A stretch of DNA of 62,073 bases, the filler included, from Trichosphaerium sp. ATCC 40318 (Eukaryota > Protista > Tubulinea): assembly GCA_038496445.1 (NCBI GenBank). It is 3 parts of 3 records of this genome, joined end to end, with 100 filler letters (N's around TTAATTAATTAA, not from the genome) between each part and the next. Parts side by side here need not be neighbours in the genome. Positions count along the whole stretch, not along the records: positions 20,825 to 44,643 come from JALMLS010000614.1; positions 44,744 to 62,073 come from JALMLS010000607.1; 1 more part is not named here. The stretch is one strand, 5' to 3'. Below are positions 34,760-48,561 of this stretch, in pieces. The notes below the pieces were generated by a model, which saw nothing but the letters and a program-made list of their open reading frames with translations, was not told the DNA's origin and ran no database searches. A program made the translations under genes and the position numbers. Position 1 is the stretch's first letter; the number at the start of each line of letters is the position of its first letter.

Positions 34760-37700
34760 ATGGCCAACACCATATTTAGGCCAAGAACATGCGTTTACGA
34801 GATAGTTTTATTAACTACTGTTCTCATGGTAACCGTATGCGCTCAGAAAGCAACAGAAAACACTATTTATCTATCGGGGTCTTTTGCTTTACACTCTTCT
34901 CTTGGGCCTAACATACTTGTTGATTTCGAGAGCGCAATAAAAGCTGGGATGGACTACTTCGTCCATTGGATTAATGGGCCAGAGCGTCAGGGTATAACAG
35001 TACAGGGTGTGAATTATACAATCGATGTAGATGTTATCAATTCAGAATTTAACGAATCAACAAAACAGGCCCACTACCATCAATTCTGCCAACAAGCGAA
35101 GAGTGGCACTATTAAAAGATTCTTAGTAGCTCCAGTACGCTCAAGTTGGGCAGAAGGCGTTACAGCTGCTATAAATGATTCAGGCACGTATAAACGATAA
35201 AAAGATAGTAAAAAGGCGGTACATTGAAGTGTTTCATTTTCGTCATTTTGCAACTACTCAAAAACCCCGAAAAGGGAATGCTAGTTTAAAATAATCTTTA
35301 TCACCTCCAAACGTATTATTTCGCATATATTTTATGTACTAGCGAATTTTAAATGCGGTTCACAAATTATGTAAACAAAAAAAACCGTCGTACGCTTTCT
35401 ATCGCTTTCTTATGCTCGAAAACCGCGATATAGATGGTTTTCGAAATTGAAGCGAACACTTGCTTATTTTATATTCTGTAGATTGCCCGCAATTGAATCC
35501 TGGTGCTACTATTCCTTCTGTATGGATTGATAAAGATGTGGTGCCTATTGGATTAGCTCCAAAGCAGTACGAATGCCTTTTTAGTGTTTTTTTTGAACAA
35601 TTCGTATTTGTATTTTAATGCCTTCTGTTAAGCTTATTCGATGCTGCAATACCTTTATTGCGTATAAAGGAAGCTCGCACTGCGGTGTTAATGTGTGATA
35701 TGGCACCTCTGGATATTTCTAGATGCGAAGTACGTTTTTTTTTTCCTTTTTTGGACGATGGTATTGTTTTGGCTCACTAATGATGTTCTAGGGCCTAATA
35801 CAAACTCTAAAGAATACCCAAACGAGAGTTCTTGATGTTATACCACTGGAAACGCGTACAGGATTCGACGCAGCTGTTCCAAATGCAAATTGGACAGCAG
35901 CTACTGATTTTGTTGCCATTGTACGTCGGCTTGTTTTTGCTTTTTTTTCAGAGTTTCTCATTTTTTGTTTAACCATGAGACTAGAATTACCCAAATGTTG
36001 ATGCAGTTATGATAATACATTCTAGTGGTGGTAATTTTATTATTCAACGCATGCGTCAGATTGCTTGGACACCAAAAATCGTGATGTTAAGCGTTCTTGA
36101 TCCTTCAATCGGAAATCTCGATCCAACTCTTTTCAACCTCGTTACTGGCATGATAGGGGTACATAAATGAGTTTTTGTATCCTTTGCTTATGATATCTAG
36201 CTATCTGATAATAGTTATGGCAAAGGAGAGTTTTATGAGCATGATATTGAATATTTGAGACAAGACTTTAAGAATGTGACAGGCCAAGAGTTGGGTTATT
36301 TTTCGTTGAATGGATTCATAGCTTCTTTGCTCATCGTGCAAGCGATTGAGGTACGTATTTTTTCAGAGGACAGGCCATCGATAGCATTCACAAAGCAAGA
36401 CTAAACTTGTTTATTTAAAAAACGTGACAAGATAGTCACTTGAAGATTGTTTTTCGTTCTTAGTTTTTTCTGATTGTCTAAAACGTTTTGTTAGAGAACA
36501 CAATCACTTAACGCAAAAGAAGTGTTCCAGAGATTACTTCGTCAGGAAGTTCGAACCTGCAATGGCGTTTATAGTTGGGATGTAGGTAAGAGAAGATCAT
36601 AGTTTTTGAAACAAAACAGCTTTTTTTTTCTTATTGTTTGCTCTACAGATCACAGTCAGCGATTACCTCCATACTTTGTCCAAGTACAAAACTCAACAGT
36701 ATCACCTACCAAACATGTATATGGTGTACTAGGACCTGCAGGAGCATCTAATGCTGAGATTGTTTATCCATATCTGGAATGGGAAAAGCGTGTTGTTCAC
36801 ATTGACTTTGGTGAGATAAAATAGCTGTTCATTATTTAAACTTATGTTTTGTGTTAGGATCTACAGATGAAATCATAGTTGTTGTACTGACTACACTAAG
36901 TCTTATACTTTGCTTTGGATTTGCAATATTTATTGGAATAATGAGAGCCAGTAAGGTGAGTAGTATTCAGTGATATGAGCGTTCATCTGACAAATTTTTT
37001 TTTTAATAGGTTGCAAAGTATTCCTCGCCATTGTTCATGTTGTTGATTGCTTTGGGCGGTGTACTACTTTGTGCTACAAATTTGACATGGTTACCGACCC
37101 AATGGGAAACTGCAACTTGTCATATGGCAGTGTGGGTGTTCAATATCGGGTTTACATTACTCTATGGGTACAAATCATTAGCATTTTATTGGTGTATTTA
37201 ACTTTCTTGTAGTGCACTATTTGCCAAGAGTATTCGCGTTTTAATGATTATCCGTGCCTCTGAGAAGCTAAAACGTGTTGTTGTCAAAGATACACACTTG
37301 CTATTAGTAATGTCGATTCTACTTGGCGTTGACATCGTATCCTTTTGCTGCAGCTTGTTTTAATATTTTGACGTAATATTTAACATGTCAATTGCGCTTA
37401 ACTTTCAAGATAATACTGATACTGTATTCATTGATTGTATGTCCTACAGGGGCTATTGAATACCCAGATCCTTATGACTTATCAAAAGCGTACAAAGGGT
37501 GCCAATACAAACGTGGAAACACAGCATTCATACTCGCAACAGCATCCTACAAAGTACGACAACAATTTTTTTAGAAACATACTTTTAACGTTCTTGTCTT
37601 TGTCTTATATGTAGTGTCTTATGACTTGCTTAGTTTCTTCTTCTTTTATTCGGTAGTATAACGGCATGGAAAGTAAGGAAAGTACCTTTCCGTGTACTTG

Positions 37701-38391
37701 ATGAGAGCAGAGTTATTGCATTTGCAATATACAATGTTGTATTCTTTGGATCTATTGGTTTCATTGTTAGTTACTCTTTCAGCTCTGCAACTTCTGAAAA
37801 AGCTCGTCAAAGTCTTTTCATCATAAGGTCTATACTTGTTCTATTTCCTACAGGTAAGCCGAATACAAAGCGCTCGTTTAAATGCACAAAAAAGCTGCGC
37901 GGGTTTCGAGGGTTTTTGACTTTTTGTTGTTTAACTCTTGTATAGTGCTCACTATTGTCGCGTTATGGACTGAGAAAGCACTCCTCATGCGCCGTGTTAA
38001 TAAGATTGAAAATTCAGAAACAAGCAGTGTTCATTATGGGAAGGACATTGTTCCTGATATTCAACTTACACCAAGTAAGTGCTTCTTTTTGTCTTAAAAT
38101 GAAACCACTTACTTCAAAAAACTGAATCTTAAGCACACCTTTTCACACGTGCCTGAGTAACTTGAACAGATACATGTTCTATTTATTGGTTGATATCATA
38201 AGCGAATACTCACATATCTTTTTGAACTAGGAACTGCTCGTCACGATACATCAAGAACGTCTCATAGTCAAATTCAAAAAGGAGAAAAGAAAGATACAGA
38301 TGAATTAGAAAAAGCTAAGACCAGGATACAAGAATTAGAAGGTATTGTAAATAGATTGAAAGCTCAGATAGAGAGTGAAGATTCTTCGTAA
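34760..38391 (+). CDS. Family C GPCR with a periplasmic-binding-protein (Venus flytrap-like) ectodomain, GABA-B/Grl-like
   Basis: Signal peptide; type I PBP-like AGMDYFVHWINGPERQGITVQG; 7TM motifs YSSPLFMLLIALG, CHMAVWVFNIGFTLLYG-ALFAKSIRV, WKVRKVPFRVLDESRVIAFAIYN; coiled-coil tail. Confidence 0.85.
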
Positions 38392-38587
38392 ATCACGTGA
38401 CATGCGAATAATATTGTAAAAAGAACTACACCAAAGTCAGCCGAACTGAGCTCTCCAATGTACATTAAATGTATTGACTATAAACTTGGTCTATTTAAGT
38501 GAGTGTCCAAAACCAAATACATGACTTGCTAGCATCACAATCATAAACAGACGATTTTCCTTATTTGTTGTTTCCAAAAAAAAATTT

Positions 38588-39235
38588 TAATTCGTAAGTG
38601 AGGCTATCTTATCAAACACTTCTTTTCGTCATAAAATAAAAACGTCTTCAGGATCAACGTTAAGCTCAAAGGAATCAAACTTGGAAGCTTTTTATTTATC
38701 GGTACAATTACTTTGAGGGATAAGACTTTTAATGTTGTTATTGACCTATCAAATCGCGTATTGCATTGTTGAGTTGGTCGTCAGAGGCACTAACTACATA
38801 TAAGAAATTGTAAACTGTGAGTAAGAACCTACCTTGTTGACAGCATACTCTTCTCTTCCAACATAAAAACACCGCTGATATACTAAGAACCAGCGCAACA
38901 ATGCACATAACAAGGATGCCTATCCATGCTTTTGTTTCATCTAACAAATCGTTAGTATTCTTGGTTACACGTATGGCTAGCAAGGTGGTATTGTAAAAAT
39001 ATCACGTGGTTGACTACGTACTTGATAAACTCTTTGCTGCACAACAACATTCGACTGTATGCGTAGAAGGCTTTGTAGCCGGTATGCACGAGAATCGAAG
39101 CGTATTCTCTTCGCCTCCACAAGATATGTTACATTCTGCTTCACATGCTTTACAGTCTGTACATGTGAGTGTACTATTTGCTGTAACAATGAACAACGCT
39201 AGAAGCGATAAAGAGTTAAAGTGGTGTGCAATCAT
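38588..39235 (-). CDS. Small Cys-rich single-pass membrane protein
   Basis: Signal peptide, CTDCKACEAECNISC...CCC ectodomain, TM WIGILVMCIVALVLSISAVFLC followed by KRR; 3' end approximate. Confidence 0.55.
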
Positions 39236-40530
39236 TTTTAATGATAAGATAACGTTAACGTACTGAGCATTACCACAAAGTCAATGGTTCAGTATTTTCT
39301 CACACAATAATTCATGTAGTTACTTGACTCGTCTTACGTGGTAACAGGAGGCGCTACAGGTACGTTACCGATGTTACTGCTTGAAATAGAGGAGATTACA
39401 AGTACTCAACATCAGGAAAGCGCTTCTCGAGCAAGAAACGTGCTTCTAACAGTTTCAGGGAACAACGAGAATAGTGTACCAACGCAAAACGTTGAAAACA
39501 CTTTATGTCCAAAAAAATGGTGGTGGCAGGTATTGGTTGGTTTTTGTATGTTTGAAAGGTTTTCTGTCGTGATTGTTTTATGATGTCGAAGCTTATGAAA
39601 CTGGAACGGTGAGATATTCAAGGAATTCTGTAATTTACCGGATATTTTAGTTTGAGAAATGCTAGCGTCAAATTTTCAGTCAATTGTCAAATGAGATTTT
39701 TCATGTGTCTTCCGTCTATCGAATCAAAGAGTGCCTTTTACATTTTGAGTTTTAATAGGACTTAACATACTGTTTTTAAGTTCATCAAATTTGCGTATTT
39801 TTTCATCTTCTTTTCGTCAGTCAGAGAGAACAGACCCTGGGGTATAGCGTTTGGGAAAGTTTAGAAATAAATTTCTTCACATACTTTTGCAGGAAAGCAA
39901 ATATACCGTAACCATGCCACCACCAATAGAAATATCAAAAAATTCGTTTAAAAACACGACAATTTGTAAAAAAAAATTGTTGTGGGCGAACTAGATTTTT
40001 GTAAAGTTGTTCGGAGAGCGTCTACAAACATTGGGCGTTGATGATATGCATTTTGTAGCGAGAAAAGTTATCAACTCCTCAGATTCAGTGAAGCGTAAAC
40101 CACCGTCATTGTTGTCGCTACTTAGCGCAAACGAAGATTGAGCGTGTGTGGTTGTAGTGAGAGGTGCCAGGAATTACTAAAGCGAACATCGAACAGTAAT
40201 TTGAGACGTTCACTAGGAAACGCATAAAACTACCTTGTCGGTCTTTGTGACGCACGTACAGTATTTGTATTGCCTTTCTTAGGAGTACGCGTAAATAATA
40301 AAAAGTTGGCGGATATTTACTTTGTAGATTACATACTGACTGACAACTAAAACCTGCTATTTCGCGTGATATGATAATGGCAGATTACTACAAGGTAATA
40401 GAGCATTGCAGATGGTGAACAATGTCCAAATGAAAGTTGTGGTTATCTACTTGTTATTTGATCAAATATCTGGTTATTTGTTTGTAATAGATCGGGCTTG
40501 TAACTTGTTTACTGAATACTCAGTGGTCAT

Positions 40531-42386
40531 GTGAAAAAATACGTGAGCAACAGTGAGCCACTATTGGAGTTCGTGACGTGGCATAACTTACAATTGGTGA
40601 TAACGCCCATCCTCGTCACAATGTATCTAGTGATCATACTTCTTATGGCCATTGCCTTGAATTGCATCCTTTGGAGCATATTTTTATGCGAGGACACCAA
40701 AGTATTAGGCGGAAGGAGCAAACAACAGAAAAGAAAGAAACGCATTAAAAAATCGCGAAATTTCAAGGCGAAGAAACGTACTTCAAAACCCAAACCTCAT
40801 TGTACTCCTGTACAATCGGAACTAAGCGTAAATGCCATACCAGAATCAATAAGCGCTATTGTAGTTGTCAAGAAGCGAACTAGGAAAAGAGTGTACGCAG
40901 TTGATTACTGGGAGTTGCAACCAATTCTAACTTTGTTTTTATCTAGGCGAAGGAAGGCACAAAGAAGAGATAAAGTTACTAGACGATCAAATCGCTTAAC
41001 AGAAGAAGAATGGAGTGTGATTTTTGAACAAAGCGTTAAATTACCTAAACGTTTAGCAGAACTAACCAAATTCTTGTCACGTGGGATAATTTCACATATA
41101 TTTGATAACTTTGCTTCTCTTGATCCACAACTACTCGTAATATTTCCACAAGTATGTAAGCTATTTGCTACTTCTTCAACCTTTAGTCAAACAATGGAGC
41201 CTCACAGGTAAGCCAACAATAAGTTGCTTTGACTCAAGAAATCTAAAACGAAGCCAATTTTTAAACAAAATGATGATCTTATTCATTCTTTAGGTTGATA
41301 CTCCGTTGGCTGCCTCGTGAGGTAAGAAGACTTATATATGATACTACATCTCAAGGTGATCAATTAAGAGAGCTGTGGCCTCAAGTTTGTTTTGAGTTTG
41401 CAGTATCATCGAGGTATGATATGGAGCTTAATTTTCATGGAGATTTCCTTATTAAGAACCGGTACAAAACCATACACTGCACCTTTGTACATGGCGTACT
41501 TCATGGGCAATACAACTCATATTATAAAAGAGGAAGACCATATAGGTCTTTAAAGTATGACAATGGCGTTATTGTTGATGGTACATACAGAGATGACATT
41601 TATGCTGGTTATAAGGAATACACTATAAAAAATGGAGTTTATCATGGTGTTTGTACTACAGTAAGCACAGAATTTCATTATGAAAAGAGAACTGTACCTT
41701 ATGTATGTGGAAATAAAGAAGGTATGGCAGTGGTGGAATATAAATTTGGTTGTGGATTGGAAGAGAAGTCTTATGGTATGTACAAAAACAATAAGGAGAT
41801 AGGTATATGGGTATACAATGAATGTGTTACTCCTTCGCGCTTTGTTAAGTCCTCAACAGAGCATGTCACATTTCTAGAAGATGGTCTCTGTGAACGAATA
41901 CAAACACGTGATAAAAGTATATTGTATGAACCACCCATAGACGAATACATGTTACCCTCTCTGAAGAATTTTCAAATCATTAATGCTTGGAAAGGTATTT
42001 GTTTTGTTGATACAAAGAAGGATGGATACGATTTCAAGGCAACTTTTGATGTGCGAGATCACGAAGCTGTTGTTTATAAACAAACAGTCAAGGTAGACGG
42101 TGTTGATGTACTACATAGACTATGTAATATGATTGTAGTTGGCGATAAATTAGTTAAGCATGGTAGAGATGAAAAGTTTTATGTTAATGGAAACAGAAAA
42201 TATCGTTGTCATTGGTTGTATGGTATTAGTCATGGACATACAACTAGATGGGAATCTGATGGTACTATGTCTTACAGAAGAGACTTTATTTTAGGATTTG
42301 AGGCTCTGTTTGTTTGTTGTCAAGCCGATTATTCGTATTGTAGAAAATCGCTAGAAGAAGAAATGGAATTAAATTACACTTCATAG
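40531..42386 (+). CDS. TM + two F-box-like modules + MORN-variant repeat protein (2 exons)
   Basis: ORFs 40531-41211 and 41295-42386 join in frame through a GTAAGC...TTTAG intron (CAC AG|G TTG); repeated 'PQVC' F-box-like ends; HGQYNSYYKRG and KHGRDEKFYVNG repeats; start codon uncertain. Confidence 0.6.
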
Positions 42387-42735
42387 TTAGATTAACACAC
42401 GTTCTTGTTGATCTACAATACCAGACTAGTGGAGAGAATACGTTTCACACAGCTTCGATCCCTTGGACCACGTAGCCAGAGATCCTTCCCAAGCCTTATA
42501 ACCATGAAGGCCCTTCTTCTCCTGGTATTGGACTACAACGTTACCAATTACTTAATTCTCCCCTACTATGTCACCCTTGTACTCCCCATCCCATTTACTG
42601 CGTAGCCAAGATGAGTTGCTATGACTAGGGAGTAGAATTTGAGTTGCAACATCAAGTGAGCTCATGATATGAACGACTTTATTAGTGGATTGTTTCTTTA
42701 TTTTTTTTAACTGTTGTACATTAATCGGAAGTATT

Positions 42736-43615
42736 TTATGCTTGGAAAAAAAGTCTAGCGGAAACATCGTTTGTGAGCCATTCAATGGACTCCTTTAACC
42801 CAGAACCTTCTACACCACTACACCCTTGTATACGCCTAATAGTATTTAAGTAACGAGATAAACGAGAAAGAGCATGAGAAGCGATTCTTTATCAAACCAA
42901 CTTACCAATGACGTTTTTTGATGCTGTCGAGGTTCAAGGCCTATATCAATGAGCTCTTTGATTGTATTTATTATCTCACAAACCTTTTTAATGTCCTCTG
43001 GGCTTAAAGCGCCTTTAATATCCTGTTTGTTTGCCAGAATTAGAAGAGTTGCACCTGCTAGTTTCTAATAGTTGTTAAGACGTATATTAGGCGTATTTTG
43101 AGCGATTAAAGCGCTTTCCAAGTACCTCTTCTTGAAGAAGTGCGTGAAGCTGTTGTTTTGTTTGTTCCAGGCGCTCGATGTCTGCAGAGTCTACAACCCA
43201 TACAAACCCATCCGTAGCGCCAAAGTAATTGCGCCAGTAAGCGCGTAGGGATGATTGACCGCCAACGTCCCAAATATTCAATTTATATCTATGTAGCGCT
43301 TAATACGTGCGCTGGTAGTTGTAAAACCGGTATTGGTTTTAGAAAGTGTAATTTGACATTTCAGACAAAAAAAAAGCGCGTACTTCTTGTATGCTACAGT
43401 TTTGATGTTAAAACCAAGCGTAGGGCTTACATCATTAATATCCTCTCCATTTAATTTTTTAGCTATTGTACTCTTTCCCGCGTTATCTAAACCGCTTCAT
43501 AATAATCGTCAGGGTAACCTCACATACAGAAAATAATAAACTAAGCGTACAGAAATAAGATACGCATATCCTTCTCCTTTGCTTTTAGTTTCTTTAGTAT
43601 AGTAAGTAATACCAT
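42736..43615 (-). CDS. ARL2: ADP-ribosylation factor-like GTPase 2
   Basis: [88 protein letters not shown]. Confidence 0.93.
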
Positions 43616-43908
43616 GTTGCTGTACTATAGGACTGTATTTATGCTATTCTGTTCATCACACTTAACAAACCACGCTTAATTCAGCCCAACTTCTTTAAGA
43701 CTGTTTGCTAGCGAGTACCACCGTACTGACCTACCTCTCAATACGTAATCACGCTACTTGAGTAATTGATCACGTGACGCAAAGGAAAACGTGGTTTAAC
43801 ACCATTCACGCGTTCTGTGAAGATGTCTGCAGGTATTTACGGGTTTTTTCAAAATGGACATTTTTTGACTGTATTTAACCGTGGAATCCGCCGTAACAAC
43901 ACCATAAG

Positions 43909-44643
43909 ATGACCCAGGTACATCGTAGTTGTAAATAGATAGCCTACATATCTTATTGACTCTCTGTAGAGAACCAAGAGTACAAATTCATGTAATTACC
44001 TTCTACAGCTTCCATTAGAGCTACAACTTGATATAATAGAGCTTGATTTGGATGTTTTTTTGGTTTGGCCTCTTCTTTCAAAACACACTGCTACTACAAC
44101 TCGCTATGATGATAATTTGAAGAAACACGGTAAATGGCTTCGATGTGTCCGACACAAGGAACATAAAAGGAATCTTTATCCTGGCTGGAGAGTTGTTCAA
44201 GAAGAGCGTTTGGTTCATGGCCAACGTCATGGAGAGTATAAAAAATATGAGTGTGATGGTAATGTATGGATCACGTGTCATTACGTCAATGGTAAGAAGG
44301 GAGGTGAGTACAAGGAGTTTTACTTCTCTAGTGATCAAGTGATGATACAATCGTTTTATGTAAATGGAAAGAAAGAAGGAAGACATACTGAGTTTTTTGA
44401 AACAGGAGGAATACAAGAAGTGTGTTATTATACTAATGGTAAAAAGGATGGGGAGCTAAGAAATTGGTTAGAGAATGGCCAATTGACTAGAAAGTGCTTT
44501 TATGTCAACGGAAAGCTCCATGGAGAGTACAAAGGATGGTATGAAAATGGACAAATTCATGAGCATCGGTTTTATGTTAGTGGTGCTATTGAAGGAGAAA
44601 GTAAGTTATGGCATGTAAATGCACAACTCAAGCAACACTGCAT
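43909..44643 (+). CDS. F-box-like + MORN-variant (MORN_2/YwqK-like) repeat protein, 3' end in the gap
   Basis: Exon 1 MTQ, then LQLPLELQLDIIELDLDVFLVWPLLSK; repeats YVNGKKEGRHTEFFETG, YVNGKLHGEYKGWYENGQ. Confidence 0.8.
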
Positions 44644-44743
44644 NNNNNNNNNNNNNNNNNNNNNNNNNNNNNNNNNNNNNNNNNNNNTTAATTAATTAAN
44701 NNNNNNNNNNNNNNNNNNNNNNNNNNNNNNNNNNNNNNNNNNN
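44644..44743. other. Artificial assembly spacer
   Basis: N run with TTAATTAATTAA. Confidence 0.97.
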
Positions 44744-47700
44744 AATTTATCGCACTGTAATATATCATTTGTACCATACACAATAGCTTTCATGAAGAAC
44801 GTTGAGATAAATATGGAAGGAAATTCATTCACTTCTTATCCACCTTGGATACGTTCGAAAGGATGGGATGGTGTTGTGTCATTTATGCGCAACCTGGAAG
44901 AACGTGTGCCTTGGCAACACTGTCGTATAATTTTACTTGTACGTACTTCATTATCATTTGTTTCACAGATGTTTTACGTGTTGCCTTTGTCGTCAGAGCG
45001 TTTTTTTTCTTACATCAACTTGATTTAGTTGATATTTTTAATAACTGGGTTATTTGTTGTAGGGCGAAGCAAACGGTAAATCACGATTGAGGTACCTCAC
45101 ATTGAATAAACTTTTCATAATAATTACTCTGAAATAGGATTTCTCTCGGACATTCCTTTGCTTCCTCATCAAGAAGTGGGTTTAACAAACTGTTATTCAA
45201 AAAAAACCGTAAGTTGAACGGAGTGCCACAAATATCGTTTATTAATCACTCAATAGTACTACCTACTTCATCAGAATCCGTAGATTCATCCATGAACGGA
45301 CCGATGGCAACAGAAAATTGGTATCATAGTCAAGAACATTTATGGTTGACTTGCTGGGATTTTGCGCATACAGCAGTACATCAGCATGCTCTTTCTTGTT
45401 TTCTAAGGAATCCTTCAAATGTATATATCATTGTATTTAATCCACTAGATATTGAAGGTTCTAAGTACGCTATTATTTTGTTTAAACACAACAACAGAAC
45501 ACGTGTTCATTTGTGTTAATCTTGAAATATTCCTCAATACAATTTTAGGATTAAGAAATGGCTTGAAGTTGCTGATGGTGGTGGACCGATAATTCTTGTT
45601 GGTACACATCGAGATGATAAGAGATGTACAAAAAAAGTCCGTGAAGCTGCTATTGAGAAGTTACGAGATGAGCTCATAGCTTCACATCCTTCGATTAAAG
45701 ACATCTCTGTTGTTAGTAACAAATCATCTAAAGGTACAAAGATTGTTGTTTTTTAGGTTAACTTACAACAATTGTACAGGTATTAAAGCACTGAAGAGGA
45801 CAATTACGGATGTAGGTTTCTCTATGAAACCAACAACAAAGATGGTTTCCCAAAGTCAAATGTTTGTGTTAGCGAGGTAAGATTTTTTCGAGATTTTTAA
45901 TTCTTTTCTCTACTTTTCAGCATAGCAACGCTACAAAATCCTACTCACTACATACGAATTTATAGGCTTCAAGCTATACGAAACAGAGACACTATTTATG
46001 ATTCTAGTCAGTCATACTTAACGGAAGAACAGTTCAGGTAAGCAATATTTTTCCAATTATTTTAATCTTGATTCTCTTTGTAATTTTCTTCAAAAAGAGA
46101 ACTCGTAGAGTTATGTGGTGTTGAAAAAGATAATACAGGAGATATTATGAACCACTTTTTAAACTCTGGATATGTTTGTAGACTCAAGGAGATAAAGAGT
46201 CACAAATTATCAGATGTATTGGTAGTAGACCCTAGATTTCTTGTTTATCTACTCAATAACAAGCTTGATCCAAGAGTGCTCGCCAAAGTACGTTGTATAG
46301 CTATCATCTTAATCCTATATTGTCTTTTTAAACTCGTTTAGGCGGTAACTAAGTCTCAGTATGTTGGTGGTGGTGCAAGGACCACAATTATGTTACAAAA
46401 TTATAGTGCAGAGCAACGTGCTTCTGTACATCCAGATGGTACATTTGGTCATCTTCTTAGTAAACGTGCTCGTCGGTGGATTATTAATAATAAAGATATT
46501 GAGATTGATAAGGAGCTTGGACGAGGAACATATGGTGTACGTTATTAGAGCAAAAAAAAAAAATCAAGTGGTTGTTGGAATTAAAAGGCTTTCAGGTTGT
46601 TTATGTTGGTCTATGGAGGGAGACTAATGTAGCAGTTAAGAAACTTCTTATAGCTGGTACAGCTTCTGCTAAGACAGTTAAACAAAAAAAAGAGCTTTAC
46701 AAGGAGGCGCAAATTATGGTGTACGAGAGAGTTTGTTTGACTATTTTTTGTGTAGTAATTTAACTTTTTCTGATTAACTACAGAGATTTAAGACCACATC
46801 GTAATTTGGTCACTTTTTACGGTATTATGGAGACTCCACTTAGTATTGGTATACACAAATCACACTGAGTTGTTATCGAATATTGACGATTTCGTAGTAA
46901 CGGAGTTTTGTGAGGAAGGAAGTCTTGAAGATCACTACTATAACAAGAAGTGTACGAAAACAATTTGTTTTTATAACTTTTGTTGCTGAATAGCCCACGC
47001 TTAGGGGATATTCCAAAACCTGCAGTTGTAAAGATCATAAGAGGAATAGCAGCCGGTACGTCATATAGCGAACAAAACTATTTCTAACTCCGATACTAGG
47101 CATGTGCGTCAAACTATTTATAGGTATTTTTTTTTGAATATATCTTATTCTGTGAAGGCTCCACTTGCACTCTGAGGGTATTATACACAGGTAAATCTTC
47201 TAGATTTATAAAATATAATGTAATAATGATATCTAACACTACTTTTAGAGATTTGGCTTGTCGTAATGTACGCAATAATCAAAAAACAGTTGAATTAATT
47301 AGCTATTGTGCTTGAACTTATTCTTATTTTAGGTGTTGGTGCGCTACTACTCTTCAAAACATTTCGATTATACTTAGTCAATTATACGTATTTATAACCT
47401 TATTAGTTAACTACTGGATACGAGATAAAAATAAGTGACTTTGGATACTCTCGTGTACTAGATGAGCGTGCTGAATATGGAAAATCTATGATTGAGTTTG
47501 GACCTATCAAATGGATGGCACGTGCCTTTTAGGTAATATCTTACTTATAGTATATTCTTTAGCCTCCAGAGTCAATAATGGATCATGTTTACTCAGCCAA
47601 GTCAGATGTATGTTCGAGTAACAAGCTCTAGTTTGTTACTTTCTGAGTTTTTTTTCTTTTTTTTTTCTTCGTTTAATTGACATTTACTAGGTTTGGAGTT

Positions 47701-48083
47701 TTGGTGTGGTGCTTTATGAAATAATACATAGCTCGCCACCGTATACATATATAGAAAACCCAATAGATTTGGCAATCATGATAGCACGAAAGTGAGTTAT
47801 TCTTTATTTTTTTTTATCTTATTTTTCTTCGTTTCTTTGTTGCAGTCACTAATACCTTGCTCTTTTTAGAGATGTGAAACCACAGTTTATACATAGTATA
47901 CCAGTTTTAAGTGATACAATGAAATCTTGCTTTGCTTGGGAACCATTTGAAAGGCCAAACTTTAACGAGATTTGCCAACTTTTAAAGCCATTATCAGAGA
48001 ATGATATACCTAACATACCTGTCGATATTTGGTATGAAGAAAGTCAAAGTGAAGAGTCATCTACAATGCTAGCATACGAATAA
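44744..48083 (+). CDS. Roco-like protein: LRR end, degenerate Roc, partial COR and tyrosine-kinase-type domain (5' end in the gap)
   Basis: MEGNSFTSYPPWI (LRR cap), RIILLGEANGKS, LTCWDFAHT, YIIVFN, PIILVGTHRD, VLVVDPRFL; kinase ELGRGTYG, VAVKKL, HRDLACRNVLL, ISDFGYSR, GPIKWMPPES, SDVWSFGVVLYEI, CFAWEPFERPNF. Confidence 0.85.
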
Positions 48084-48561
48084 GATGAACACGTTCTAGA
48101 AAACAATCACGTGAACAACTGTACAAAATAAAATAAAAAACAAATCTAACGTTTTTGGTGACCACAGAACTGTTTGTAAGAGGTAGTTTGTTTGGGTTTA
48201 TTTCTACGCTGTTATAACGTTTACTAAGAAACAAAAGAGTATTTTGTCCGCATTAATCTAAACTAACGGCACTGACACCATACGCTGATTGCAAAATATA
48301 TATATTTTGTCTGCAACCAAAGCAATTAGAATGGCTTGAAATACCATTAAAAACAGATAGCGGAAAAATATCAAAGGTTCTATATAAGAGACGTACTCTG
48401 GTACTGTTAATATATTGAGCATACTCTTTACACAGTGAACTTTATGGTGTAGCACTATTACTTATTGGGCATGTATTGAGGCACTGCACAATGTAAACTC
48501 CCAGAAAAGGCGGAAAATGTCAATGTTTTTCTGCTCATATTTACAGTAAATTATCAGTAAA

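Noticed and set aside
43909-44643. YwqK antitoxin / toxin-antitoxin module
   Set aside because: The similarity is only the generic MORN-variant repeat; no toxin partner, and the gene has a spliceosomal intron.
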